A DNA stretch of 62,212 nucleotides, counting the filler, from Gonapodya sp. JEL0774 (taxonomy: Eukaryota): assembly GCA_027604505.1 (NCBI GenBank). It is 30 parts of 30 records of this genome, joined end to end, with 100 filler letters (N's around TTAATTAATTAA, not from the genome) between each part and the next. Parts side by side here need not be neighbours in the genome. Positions count along the whole stretch, not along the records: positions 49,885 to 51,856 come from JADIIX010002395.1; positions 51,957 to 53,928 come from JADIIX010002396.1; positions 54,029 to 55,999 come from JADIIX010002397.1; positions 56,100 to 58,070 come from JADIIX010002398.1; positions 58,171 to 60,141 come from JADIIX010002399.1; positions 60,242 to 62,212 come from JADIIX010002400.1; 24 more parts are not named here. One strand, written 5' to 3'. Shown here in pieces: positions 50,822-62,212 of the stretch. Each line of letters begins with the position of its first letter. Within the stretch, counting starts at the first letter, position 1. Below the pieces are notes generated by a model. The model had not been told where the DNA came from and did no database searches. It was given only the letters and a program-made list of their open reading frames with translations. Made by a program: the position numbers and the translations under genes.

Positions 50822-51608
50822 TCATATTCCGGGAAGATACTGCCCCTCATTTTTCACGTCCACATTCGGCTGTTGGGGGCCAGTGTCGTTCCCTCGACAA
50901 TGACTCCTCAGTATCTCATCTCGCTCTTCCTGGACCTGCTCCTGCTCACCACCGCAACGATAACACCGATAATGAGCGCAACGAGGGCTACACCACCGGC
51001 AGCGATGCCAATGATGGCACCAGTCGATAATTTGGTACCTTGCTGGTCGCATGCGGCTTTGACGGTTTCCACCGAGTTCCCACTCAGGATGACGGGACAC
51101 GCCGTCGCGCAGGAGTTGTAAAGATCAAAGTTCTTGCACAGGCAGTTGGCCTGAAAATGGAAATCGTGGATTGTGTGGCGGTGGTTGTACGGTTGCGAGA
51201 TGGAGGAGATTAGAAGGACGATTTCGAACTTCACAGATAAAATTGGGCCCTCTTGTTACCCACAGTGCCGGTGGTATCACCTTTGCTAAGCGACTGAAAA
51301 TGCGTAGAAAAACAGGAAGTGTTGAGTTTAGAAAGCGGTAGACAGCCGTGAATGTCGATACAAAGATGTCCATTGGCTGCCAAGCAGCGACGCCGCGTGA
51401 TTGCTACTTCCTGACATCCATATCTCGTACTCACATCCTGGCAGACTCCATAGAGTTGCAAACAGGTCCCCTCGGTTGCGCATTTGGTGTTGTTGTCGGC
51501 ACGAGGGAACATTTTTATGACATTGTGCGAGGAAGCCACCGACGATGAGGCAGCAGATGTGGAGACGAAGAGCACGGCGAGGAGGAGCAGGATTGCAGTG
51601 GCGCGCAT
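50822..51608 (-). CDS. Small Cys-rich single-pass type I membrane protein, multi-exon
   Basis: Signal peptide MRATAILLLLAVLF; Cys-rich ectodomain; TM LSTGAIIGIAAGGVALVALIIGVIVAVV followed by basic residues. Confidence 0.7.
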
Positions 51609-52233
51609 TGCGAGTACGGGTTTGGGTTTACTGATGGTTGAATTTGTGCTGTCTGTGGGTGAAGAACCGTTCCTGTTTTGTATGAAGTTGGACGGTCAGG
51701 GTGGCAAAGGAAGGAAGCACAGCCCCGCCAACCTCGCTGTATTTGGTAGTCGCGAAACCGCATATATTATTACGTCGAGTCAGCGACTCCTACTGCACTG
51801 GGACCCAAGTCGATCTCGCAAGCCCCCGAGTCATCATAAAGCATTTCGTTGCCTTTNNNNNNNNNNNNNNNNNNNNNNNNNNNNNNNNNNNNNNNNNNNN
51901 TTAATTAATTAANNNNNNNNNNNNNNNNNNNNNNNNNNNNNNNNNNNNNNNNNNNNTTGCGAATGGTTCAAGTCTTGGTATAGAACCAAATATATGAGTC
52001 ACCTCGTTCTGGAACCCAATCGCGGGTACTCATCGCACACCACGGCGAGCGCCGATTACTTGTAGACTTCTGGCGCGAAACAAAATTACTGCATCATCTG
52101 ATATTTTTTTTCATCTTTATTTTTCGTTATTGCCCGGATTTAGTCAAATTCAGGGTATCGTCTTCCCTCGCTTTGACCTCTGTCCCTGGCTGTCAGACAC
52201 GTTCCAAACTTCGAGCTTTCCTCGCAAGCTGCA

Positions 52234-53928
52234 ATGTATACATTCCCGCACGATTCCAATTTTATCGCTGACGATTCCGGCAAACATTCGCCGTTCGTGA
52301 CGACATTCGTGCCAGACCCGGCTTTGCCGGCGTACGCTTTCGATCAGTTCCCATACACAGAGAGCAACGAGTGGCATACCTCCTGCGACGTAACGGTTGC
52401 TTCACCTTTCGTCGCGGACGGGCCAAGGTCCTTGTTTTTGCTTCAGTCTACAGCGGCTGAGCAGTACCAGAACGGGTTCCTGCCATACAGCCAATCCCTC
52501 ATCCCACATACGGCAGCAGACGCCAGCACCGTACTTCAAGCGCCGAGTCTATCCATTATACCAGTTTCTTCGCTTTACTTGCCACCTCTCTTCAATGTCG
52601 GCTCTGCGTACCCGGCCGACCTACTTGACGAGTTCAGTGTTTTGGGATCGGATTTAGGCTCTTCCGAGTCGCCATCATCCGGCGCTCCGTTTGACGGGTT
52701 CTCCTGGGAGGGTCATCTCTCTGATATAGACCGAATATGCTTTTCTGCTCAGCAATCGCTTGACATGGATCCAGGTTCGTCTAGTTTTGAACAACTCAGC
52801 TCCTACATTGACATACTCACGAACCTCTACATAGCGCCATTCGGCGAGGCTGTACATCCAAAAACTGCAAACATGGATTTGCATGTTCCTGTTGCCGTGA
52901 AGCAGGAAGGTGTTGAGCCGGTTGCGTTGCTTACAACACCAGTCGACAGGTTTGCAGTTGAGGTGCGTAAAGTTTGATGTCGATATGACCTCTTGTCGTT
53001 TTCCTGCACATTCTCAATACATTTGCTCCTAAATCACGTAATCTAGGCTCCCGCACCAACGTCCCCTGCATCAACAGTCGCAAACACAAACCACCCCGGA
53101 AGGAGGACTTCCCGGTACAGACCGCCCGTCGCTGCCCAAGCAAAGCCATTCGTCGCTACTTCTAGAAAGTATCTAGCCTGTACCATCGCCAGCTCCCTTC
53201 GAACCGACGATACCATCTCTGTCGAACTCCCTCTACCCGCTCAGTTGGCCACATTCTTTGGCCAATTCACGGATACACTCGCCGCTCCCCGTCCTGCCGA
53301 GAACTTTTTTGCTCCTCGAAACGTCAGGGCGCCTGCTCGGATTCATTGCAGGATCCTCCCGGGCGAGTCAGCAAAGACACGACAAGCCATCCAAAAGCAG
53401 GGCCTGGGCGGAGGTGATCCTGGGAGGCCTGGGAAGGGGAAGGACTCGAAAGAGAAAGGAGCGGGTTCGGGACATATCAAGAGGCCCATGAAGTAAGTCT
53501 CGCAAAGACACGCATGGACATGGGGCAGACGGGTGTTTCGTGCTTGCGGTCCTTCTTCCCCACCACTTGCATCAATGCAATCTAACATCCATTCACGCAA
53601 TGCTTTTCGTCAGTTCCTTTCTTCTTTATCGCACCGACTACCACGACGAGGTTCAAGAGGCCTACCCGGATCTCCGCACTACCGCCAGTGAGCCTCCTCT
53701 CCTTCAAGTGGACATGTATTTATCCGTCTACCATCATTCACATATCCTCAAATGCACAGTTTCAAAGATACTTTCGAGCATGTGGCGAAACGAGCCCGAA
53801 TCATTGCGAAGGAAGTATCAAGAGAGAAGCAAGGAATTGCAGGTCTTGCATGAGCAGACATATCCAGGCTACAAGGTGAGCACACCACGGCTGGTACTTG
53901 CTCGGCAGAATCTGATTCTCGGCTGCCT
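52234..53928 (+). CDS. Sequence-specific HMG-box transcription factor (MATA_HMG/SOX-like), 3'-truncated
   Basis: GHIKRPM|NSFLLYRTDYH..YPDL..|VSKILSSMWRNEPESLRRKYQERSKELQVLHEQTYPGYK. Confidence 0.88.
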
Positions 53929-54369
53929 NNNNNNNNNNNNNNNNNNNNNNNNNNNNNNNNNNNNNNNNNNNNTTAATTAATTAANNNNNNNNNNNNNNNN
54001 NNNNNNNNNNNNNNNNNNNNNNNNNNNNCCAGTATGTGGGTCGAACATGTCTTTGTTCATCAAACACACTCACCTCCACCCTGATGTAATTCGACCAAAT
54101 ATCGACCATTCTCCCGTCTATTGTTCCCATATTGAGCTCGCACTGTGTTCGAATGGTGCTGATGGCGATTGCTTGCACGTTTCTCCGATCCCTGACCGTG
54201 TTGTGTTTCTTTGACCTTTTCACCAACGCCCACGGTCCCTGTGTGACCATTCACGAAGGTCCTCTCGCGGATTCTGAAGGTGGGGATGGTTGGGGTTTGG
54301 GGAAGTTGTATGTAGGGTTAGGAACAGTGTTCGCCTTATGTTCCTTCACAAACAAAACAGTGCACAAAT

Positions 54370-55010
54370 GAAAGCGCTGATTCAGAAACTGCACTCGTGG
54401 AATGTTCACTGGCTCCTATTCTGGCCGATTGGTATGCAATTTTTGAAGGTCTGTCGGGTTGACAGAGCTTCAGAACTTGCATCTTTCAACTCGTTCTCCA
54501 AAATTTCAGAGAGCATTCAAATGTGCATTTCTGAAGCTCTGTCGCATCGACAGCGATTCAGAAACTGCACTCGTGGAATGTTCAGTCGCTCCTATTCTGG
54601 GCCGATTGGTATGCAATTTTTGAAGGTCTGTCGGGTCAACAGAGCTTCAGAACTTGCATATTTCTACTCGTTCTCCAAAATTTCAGAGAGCATTCAAATG
54701 TGCAATTTCTGAAGCTCTGTCGCGTCGACAGCGATCCAGAAATTGCACTCGTGTAATGTTCACTCGCTCCTATTCAGCCCGATTGCTATGCAATTTTTGA
54801 AGGTCTGTGAGGTTGACAGAGCTTCAGAACTTGCATCTTTCAACTCGCTCTCCAAAATTTCAGAGAGCATTCAAATGTGCATTTCTGGTGATCTGTCGAC
54901 CCGACAGACCTTCAGAAATCGCACATATCAACTCTGTCCCAAAGCATATTGAGTGCACCCAATCATGCTATTTCTGAAGGTCTGTCGTGTCGACAGCGCA
55001 AAAGAATGCG
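54370..55010. repeat. Tandem array of ~88-89-bp units alternating A/B (~177-bp dimer), each with a ~47-bp imperfect palindrome
   Basis: GAAG(G/C)TCTGTCG-nnn-(C/T)GACAG cores starting near 54445, 54533, 54622, 54711, 54799, 54888 and 54976. Confidence 0.92.
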
Positions 55011-55194
55011 CATGTATTCAACGACGAAACGTTTCACAGAGTGAATGAGAAAAAAAAATCCTCCCAACGGAGTCGAACATATGCCTGTCACACGGCACCA
55101 AATGGACAACCCACTGCACCACACGTCAAGACCTATTACCTAATTAAAATTTTAAATATATATTTTTGCATCAAACATTGTTTCTTCGAAACAC

Positions 55195-55999
55195 GTAGAT
55201 TCTGAAGGCCTGTCGACCCGACAGCGCTTCTGAATTTGCATATATGAAACGAGAAGCGAATCGCTCTTGGCATTCATAACTTGCAATTTTTGAAGGTCTG
55301 TCGACCCGACAGCGCTTTAGAATTTGCGCATATATGTTCAGCAGCAAAGGGTTTTTGACCTTCATAATTTGCAAATTTTGAGGGTCTGTCGACTCGACAG
55401 CTCTTTAGAACTTGCACACTTGAAATGAGAAGCAAAGGGCTTTTGCTCTTCATAACTTGCAAATTTTGTGGGTCTGTCGACTCGACAGCTCTTTAGAATT
55501 TGGACATATGAAACGAGAAGCAAATGGCTTTTGCTCTTCATAACTTGCAATTTTGTGGTCTGTCGACCTGACAGCGCTTAAGAATTTGCGCATATACGAT
55601 CAGCAGCAAAGGGCTTTTGACCATAACTTGCAAATTGTGTTAGTCTGTCGACTCGACAGCTCTTTAGAGTTTGCACATATGAAATGAGAAGAAAAGGGCT
55701 TAGGCTCTTTATAACTTGCAAATTTTGTGGGTCTGTTGACCCGACAGTGATTTAGAATTGCACGTATGAAACGAGAAGCGAAGGGCTTTTTGCTAATCAT
55801 AACTTGCAAATTTTGTGGGTCTGTCGACCCGACAGCATTTATGAAATGAGAAGCGAAGGATTTTTGACATTCGTGTCTTGCAAATATGGAAGGTCTGTCG
55901 ACCTGACAGAGCTTTCAAAATCGCACATGGGAAAGAAGCTGCGAACTACTTTGGCGTTCGCGACATGCAAATTTGGAAGGTCTGTCGACCCGACAGCAC
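55195..55999. repeat. Second array of ~88-bp units with the same palindromic core and a different spacer family
   Basis: CTGTCGAC(C/T)CGACAG cores, about 10 units, running into the contig end. Confidence 0.92.
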
Positions 56000-56235
56000 N
56001 NNNNNNNNNNNNNNNNNNNNNNNNNNNNNNNNNNNNNNNNNNNTTAATTAATTAANNNNNNNNNNNNNNNNNNNNNNNNNNNNNNNNNNNNNNNNNNNNA
56101 GTTGACCTGTCAAGCAAACAAACATACAAATCATCGACACCTCAAGGACAACAACCAGAAATATCATACCACGGTGGGGTCTTTGGAGTGCTGCTGTAAA
56201 TTTATACATGACACTGAACAAAGACATCATCAACA

Positions 56236-57858
56236 TCAACGATCATTGATGGCACTCACTTGGAACTTGCTGGAGTAATGGGAACTCTTGCACTTAAGCT
56301 TGAGCTTTCCAGGAGGTGAGAGGTTACGTGACTGAAATTGATGGGACTTCGAGCCCACGTACCTTGGTGTCCTAGGCCCATCGACCTTTGCGGGGGCGGG
56401 GCCAGTTGCAGAAGACGCTCCAGAATCATCTATCGTCAAGGGCTCTCTCTGTACAGCCTTGCCCTTTCCTTTGATGTCCTTTTGCGTATTCCCCATTGTC
56501 ATCACGAACAATTCACCCGATATATGGGCTCGCTCGCACAGCGCAGAGATGTACCCGACAAACTCAACCACCTTTTCCGCAGGAGCATTCCGCTCGGTAG
56601 GGATGGTACAAGGATCACAGATGGGCATGGTAACAGCCACGCCACTCACTCCGTAAGGTTCTACTGTTGTATACGCGTAGAGAACGGGCCCTTTGCCAAG
56701 TGCCAGGAGTGATTCAATCTGCTCTTCTCCGTGCTTCCTTTTGCCAATCACCTTCCTTCTTCCTTTCACAGAGTGCGCGCAGCTGCACGCGCCTTTCATC
56801 ACGTCCATCGGAAAGAGGGCATTGTTGGGACTCTTTGCCTCAAATTCAAGCACGCTATGTGAGCTTGCTGTCCACGTCTTGTCAGGTCGGTCGTCTTTGT
56901 TCCCCCTTGGTGGTTTTTGGTTTCGATACACGTTCTTCCAAGGGATCTGCTTTGTAAGGAGTTCTAAAAAGAGGCCAGTGAACATTGTAGTGGTCTCTTC
57001 ACTTTTGAAGGGGTCTGCCTGTGAAAGTAGTGGGACAAGGCTCCACCTACATTTGGCGTGTTGAGAATGCGTCAGTTTTAGAAACGCTCACAACGTACCA
57101 CAAATTCACAATCGTTTGCAAGGGGTGTAGCTCATCTTCCCATTTGGATGCAAAAACCGCCTCGCTGGTGTATCCAATGTCAGCACCTCTGACCCCATGA
57201 TGTGTCACACCTTGCTGCAGTTGAGTCAGTGTGAAACGCACGAGTTTTTCGTGATCATCTCGTAGCGTTTTCTGAAGTGGAACAGTTTTGAAGACATATT
57301 CAAAGTATGCCTGGAGTTGTGTGTTTCTCCTGTGTGGATCGAACTCCCAAGGGTCCATGAGAACATTCATGTTGGATCTATTGGAAAGAACCGCCTTGTA
57401 AGCGTTTTCACTGTTGCATAAAAGGCACACTCACGGGTGGTGGTGGGCAAGGTCCGCATGGTCGTAGTGACCACCTTTGAACATGGTCCTCAGAAGCATT
57501 TTGGCAAGCATGTCCTTCTCTTGGTCCGAATGATACCGAAATTCATCCAACGTGATAATTTTGACGACGAACTCGTCCAAGGCCTGTCTTACGACTTTCT
57601 GGTTTCCGGACCAGGAAAATTCGGGACACATGTCTGCCAACGACTCGAAGGACACAATGCCATCTGTCTTTATAAGCTTAAGGATATTTTCCTCGTACTC
57701 GCCGATGTCAAAGCTATCACAGTGCAGTCGGATGTGAAAAGTGGCCACGGGAATCAAACACGACAACCAGAAGCGAATGAGCCGTCCATCGAAGTCGATC
57801 TGCCAGCCTAAAAAGCGCATGAGGCGTACCTCTTGCCGGATCCACCGCGAGACGCCAT
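56236..57858 (-). CDS. Multi-exon protein with a putative PD-(D/E)XK nuclease domain (Crinkler-REase-like)
   Basis: Spliced ..KSEETTTMFTGLFLELL..DDRPDKTWTASSHSVLEFEAKSP: helix with E, then PD, then ExK in the expected order. Confidence 0.55.
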
Positions 57859-58170
57859 GTCAGGGCTATCAAAAAAATGCAGGAAGTGCGTAGAGAGATG
57901 GTTCCCGTTTGTACCCTGTCACGCGTGCACAGACCACCCAAACCAGGCCACCGAAACCAGACCACCCAAACCAGACCAGACCAAAGCAAAATATGGCAAA
58001 CTGTATTTCCTAACTACGAAAGAAGCAGCGAGCTTTGTGTTCTCGCCATATTTTCTCTGTAATACCCTCANNNNNNNNNNNNNNNNNNNNNNNNNNNNNN
58101 NNNNNNNNNNNNNNTTAATTAATTAANNNNNNNNNNNNNNNNNNNNNNNNNNNNNNNNNNNNNNNNNNNN

Positions 58171-60141
58171 TCAAGCCCTGATAAGGAACCGAGAGATCGT
58201 TCCATCAGTTAATTCGCGGGAACGTCGCCCCGATCTCAGAAACAAGCCGTCATCTCACATCTCTCAGGCCTGAATTCAAGGGCATCGGGGCCCCAAATTT
58301 TCTCCGAGCGGCCCATGACGTAAGAGCTCCAGACGACGCGAGTGCCTTTGAAGACTTGGGTTTTTGTTCCAGGCAGAATCTCGTCGCGCTAGCATTAGAA
58401 AAGGATTCCATGAAATCTCTGGCCCGGTAACAGCAAGCGATCGCATTCTACCAAAACTCACAGTGGCGAGCTTGCTTGAGCTGGGGACATTCGGGTGCAG
58501 CCTAAGTATGAAAGAGTCGGTCGCAGAGTTATCACCATCAAGCACCGACATTTCGGTCCAAACAATCCCTACCGCAGAACCTCGTTGAACACCGCATTCG
58601 CATATTTCAAGTTCTTCAAGTCGTTATAAGTCGACTTTCCGTCCGGTCCGAGCACACGGAACGCCTCCTCGCGCAGCTTCGCCCGCACGTCGGCGTGCTG
58701 AGCGATCCGCCAGAAACACCACGAGAGAGTTTGGGCGGTGGTATCCTGTAATTAACACCGATTAGCTTACTGGTGTGTAACGTGAGAACCGACGTGTTGA
58801 ATCATGCATACCCGTCCTGCGATAATAAAGTTCATGACCTGCGATGCAAATTTACAATGTACAGGTCAGAAACAGATATCCCCCCGCGCGATAATCCAAG
58901 AGGGACTCACAATATCCCTGAGTTGCTTGTTCGAAAGCTCCGTTCCGTCCTCGTTCTTGTTCTAGCGGACGAAGACGGATGTGAATACATCGTGCGATTA
59001 ATCTACATCCCATGGCAGACCAGCATACCTTGAGGAAGCTGTACAGAAAAGTTGTACAGAAACGTGAGTAGACCAACGTCGAGCAACATTGTAAAGCAGG
59101 TGCAACGTACAAGTCCAAAAGATCCATGTTTGTGTCAAACTCGCTTGTGCGACCAGCCTTCGCATCTTCTTCCATCTTGGCCTTCTTCTGTTTCACAACG
59201 TCTGCCGCGAAATCGTTCATGGTTCTGTAGTAGCCGGGGGAGCCCATGTGATGAAGAATAGTGAAAACGGAGCCTAGTCCAATCTCACTTTGTGTACCCA
59301 GCCATTACTTTTCCCCCGCCATCCCTACAAAATACATTGATGAGGACTGCAAAGCCAATGCATTCGTTCAGTATGTCGTGCACTTACAAGAGCTCCGTCC
59401 ATTCCCAGAAGGGATTGAGACCACGCTTCAAGGTGTGCATTCCAGCTACATTGCGATCAGAAAAGATCCTTGTTAGTCAAAGACTGCAAACGCGTACAGA
59501 TGCATTACTACTCACCGTTGTGGAATGCGGTCACTGTTACGAATTACAGACAGGCAATGTGTCAAAGCCACATCTGGATCCGGCATAGTTCACAATCACT
59601 CCGGACCCCACCAACACTCACTGAATGCAACGGTCGGTAGCTTGTACTTTCCATCCTCCACAAAGTGCTTCTGGTCAATAGCCCCACAGTCCTTCCCCAT
59701 CGCAAGACGTGCGAAAGAGTCTGGATGATTGGGGGATGCAGTATGCGCTGAGTTGTGCGGCCGGGGTAACGTCACAGAGGGAACTTATAGTCACGTACCG
59801 AGCGTGCATCGGAGTAAAAGATCTTGCAAGTCTACAACGAGTCCCTCACGAGCGACGGTAGTGAGGTGGGCAGAGAGTTTATCACACTACGTGGAAGCTT
59901 CTTGAGTTGCTCTGGTGTGAGAACTTGCGGGATCGCGGAACAAACCTCTTCAATGCTGGTGCAAAACAAAAAGTTAAAACGTACATATCAGAGTCTGGAG
60001 AAAGTTGTCACTTACAAATCTTCGGCGAAATGATCACGGAAGTTCTGTTTAACGGCAAACAAATTGGAGTTTGAGCATAGAGCACACCACTCCGCACAAC
60101 CATTGCACGCAAACCTTGACATTGAAAATGTTGGATGCTAA
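58171..60141 (-). CDS. Cytochrome P450 (CYP86/704/52-like fatty-acid hydroxylase type), internal fragment
   Basis: ASNIFNVK|NFR, DLQDLLLRCTL|DSF, NFIIAGR|DTTAQTLSW (I-helix), LKYANAVFNEVL|RLHPNVP (ExxR). Confidence 0.92.
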
Positions 60142-60479
60142 NNNNNNNNNNNNNNNNNNNNNNNNNNNNNNNNNNNNNNNNNNNNTTAATTAATTAANNN
60201 NNNNNNNNNNNNNNNNNNNNNNNNNNNNNNNNNNNNNNNNNATCTCGATAGAAATGTGATAGCCAGGATTATCATGGGATTGCAGAGCGTAGGGCAGGCA
60301 CTTCTCTCTTGACCGAGGAGGGCTTGGAGTTATGTACCGAAGGTTTCAAAAACGTCAACTAAATGCAGCGGTAAATTTGGGACGGTCCAATCCAAGTCTC
60401 CGTTGATATGAGACGTGGGCGTTCTGCTTGTCGTATGTGTATTGCTTCCTGAATTCATCGTCATCCCTCCCATCCGAAA

Positions 60480-61833
60480 TGAATATCTTCGCTGGCGCAC
60501 CTTCCAGAAAAGACTGTTTCACTCCGTCTCACCCACGACTCCTGGACCTCCCATATCGACGTCCCGGCCTCCTACATCTCCTCCCACGCATCCCGCAACA
60601 CCTACCCCGAACTCGCGCACGCCTCCTCCGGTACAGCGGGAACAATCGAAGCGCCATTAGATGATGAGGAAGTCGGTGAAAAGGAGAGGAATGTGACTCT
60701 TGAGGGTTCTTTGAGTGGGAGAGTGGTCGGGCCGAAAATGAGGGAGGAAGGTGAGGGGACACAAAAATGTTACCAGGCACGGCCGACTGGAGAAACCATG
60801 ATACCTGTGCGTTGCGCCTTCTTGAACCATGTGGAGTTTCGCACAGTGTGCTGCATTTCAGTACGGCGCGGAAATGTTCCTAATCATGATATCTGGTCGT
60901 TTGTTACTGGACCATCCATCACGCTCAAATTTCCCTGCTCCATCGCTTACCGTAGACCCACCTGTCGACCGCTTCTTCTTCCGCCTCCACCTCCTCCCCA
61001 TTCTCCAATCCCTCCACCACTCCCAGGGTGGTGCGGCGACCAGTGCAACAATGTTGGAATTCGAAATGTGCGCAAGGTTCCAAGCACCTGCGCTGGGCGA
61101 GAAGACTGCCGAGTGGTGGGATTCAAATGGAGGAGGGAACTACAAGTGTATGGTAAGTTCGGGACACGGAAGGTATTGGAGGCTGGGAATGTGCGCGGAC
61201 AAAATGTTAGCGTAGCGATTGCCCTCGCTCAAGAATTCCTTGTAAAGAGCAGTTGACAGGGTATCACTGGGATCAGTCTCCTTGAGCGGAAGGGTGCAGC
61301 ACTCTCACTCCCCACCGTCCACCCTCTGACCCCGCAGGCCCGCTTCCCTAGCCCGTTCGAAACCTCTCTGGTCCGAGAGTTCCTCCCCGGGTATGGTTTG
61401 CCCTCAATGAAGGACAAGACCGCGCACCATCACACCAGGAAGGGGAGTAGTAAAGCTGTGCCGCTCGGGGGACGGTACGTAGACCCTTTGAACGCCTGTA
61501 TGCTGTGTTTTTTGGAGCTGGCGCGCACAACACGACCTCACTAACCCGCCGTCCCTCCCATTTACCTTTAGATATGACACTATCGACCGCCTCGCATCCA
61601 ACTACGTCTCTAATCTCTCTTCTCCGGTTTCTCCGACCACTCTGCCTCCGCTCACGCCCGCACTCGACTCGTCCGGATCGTCCAGCAGCTTTGGTTCGTC
61701 AGGTAACGGGAACGGGTTCTTTGGAGACGTGAAGAGTTTCAAAGGAATCGCTCCTTTCCCAGATGGGATGGGTGAGGGAGGGGAGAAGTGGATGGTACCC
61801 ACTAAAGGGACCTGCGAGTGTAACGATGAGTAA
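60480..61833 (+). CDS. Hypothetical multi-exon Pro/Ser-rich protein, C-terminal part
   Basis: Several open segments with plausible GT-AG junctions, ending ..GTCECNDE*; no family recognised. Confidence 0.3.
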
Positions 61834-62212
61834 GCTTAGTGCGACATGCAGGGTGTTTCCGAGTTGCGCGCGAACAGAGCCGCGAAACGAATAATGCTCG
61901 TGGGGAAGGTGGGCCGATCCATAACTTGCTCAGGAAAAATATTCAAATGTAACCTAGTGACTTCATTACGGATTAACTGTTGATCTGCTGTCGAAAGGAG
62001 AGGTTGCACAAGCTCGCCTGTAATTAATATTGATGTACATGGTGATCGGCTGTTCCTCAAAGTTGATATATGTCGATGGTAGGATGAAGTACTTAGTCCG
62101 CGTTTGAGCCAATTATTGGTGTCTCGCTTGCTAAACTTGGCAATGAATGACGATGTTCGAACCTCCATGTCAGTTGATCAGGAAGAGCACGATCCGAAAA
62201 GAACAAAATAAG

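Noticed and set aside
54370..55999. CRISPR array (palindromic repeat plus spacer)
   Set aside because: Spacers are homologous to one another, repeats are degenerate, no cas gene is visible and the context is eukaryotic
54290..56055. Repetitive short ORFs (LKVCRVDRASELAS / CRVDRPTKFASY)
   Set aside because: Translations of the tandem repeat; the 88-89-bp period does not preserve frame
57431..57433. In-frame TGA joining two ORFs (selenocysteine or readthrough)
   Set aside because: The TGA lies in the GTGAGT donor of a 57-nt frame-preserving intron ending CCAATAG
1989..60241. Regularly spaced TTAATTAATTAA motif and apparent gene clusters spanning it
   Set aside because: Artificial linker between length-sorted contigs; no real periodicity or synteny

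Overview
This window is not one locus. It is 30 separate contigs of about 1.97-1.99 kb, sorted by decreasing length and joined by artificial ~100-nt N/TTAATTAATTAA linkers, so adjacency across linkers means nothing and most genes are cut off. The genes are intron-rich (short GT-AG introns). Fungal Golgi mannosyltransferases (GT71, GT15) occur together with the axonemal gene DRC1, which points to a flagellated (zoosporic) early-diverging fungus if all contigs come from one organism. Routine genes include GH26, a beta-lactamase-family hydrolase, PurU, a Hem25-like carrier, HSF, an HMG-box factor, syntaxin, XAP5, a P450, an F-box protein and a thioesterase. There are also hAT, Ty3/Gypsy and other transposon pieces. 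The most interesting items are: (1) the spliced 5' part of an rvt domesticated reverse-transcriptase gene; (2) an intron-containing, frameshifted relic of a bacterial-type beta-class N4C/N6A DNA methyltransferase between two transposon ends; (3) a divergent eRF1 with substitutions around its stop-codon-reading motifs; (4) an ~88-bp array built from ~47-bp palindromes; (5) two spliced PD-(D/E)XK nuclease genes; (6) a stand-alone MLKL-like four-helix-bundle gene; (7) a mucin gene built from tandem exon+intron cassettes; (8) a hairpin-rich repeat shared by introns of two head-to-head genes. All family assignments come from manual splicing and motif recognition from memory, with no database search.
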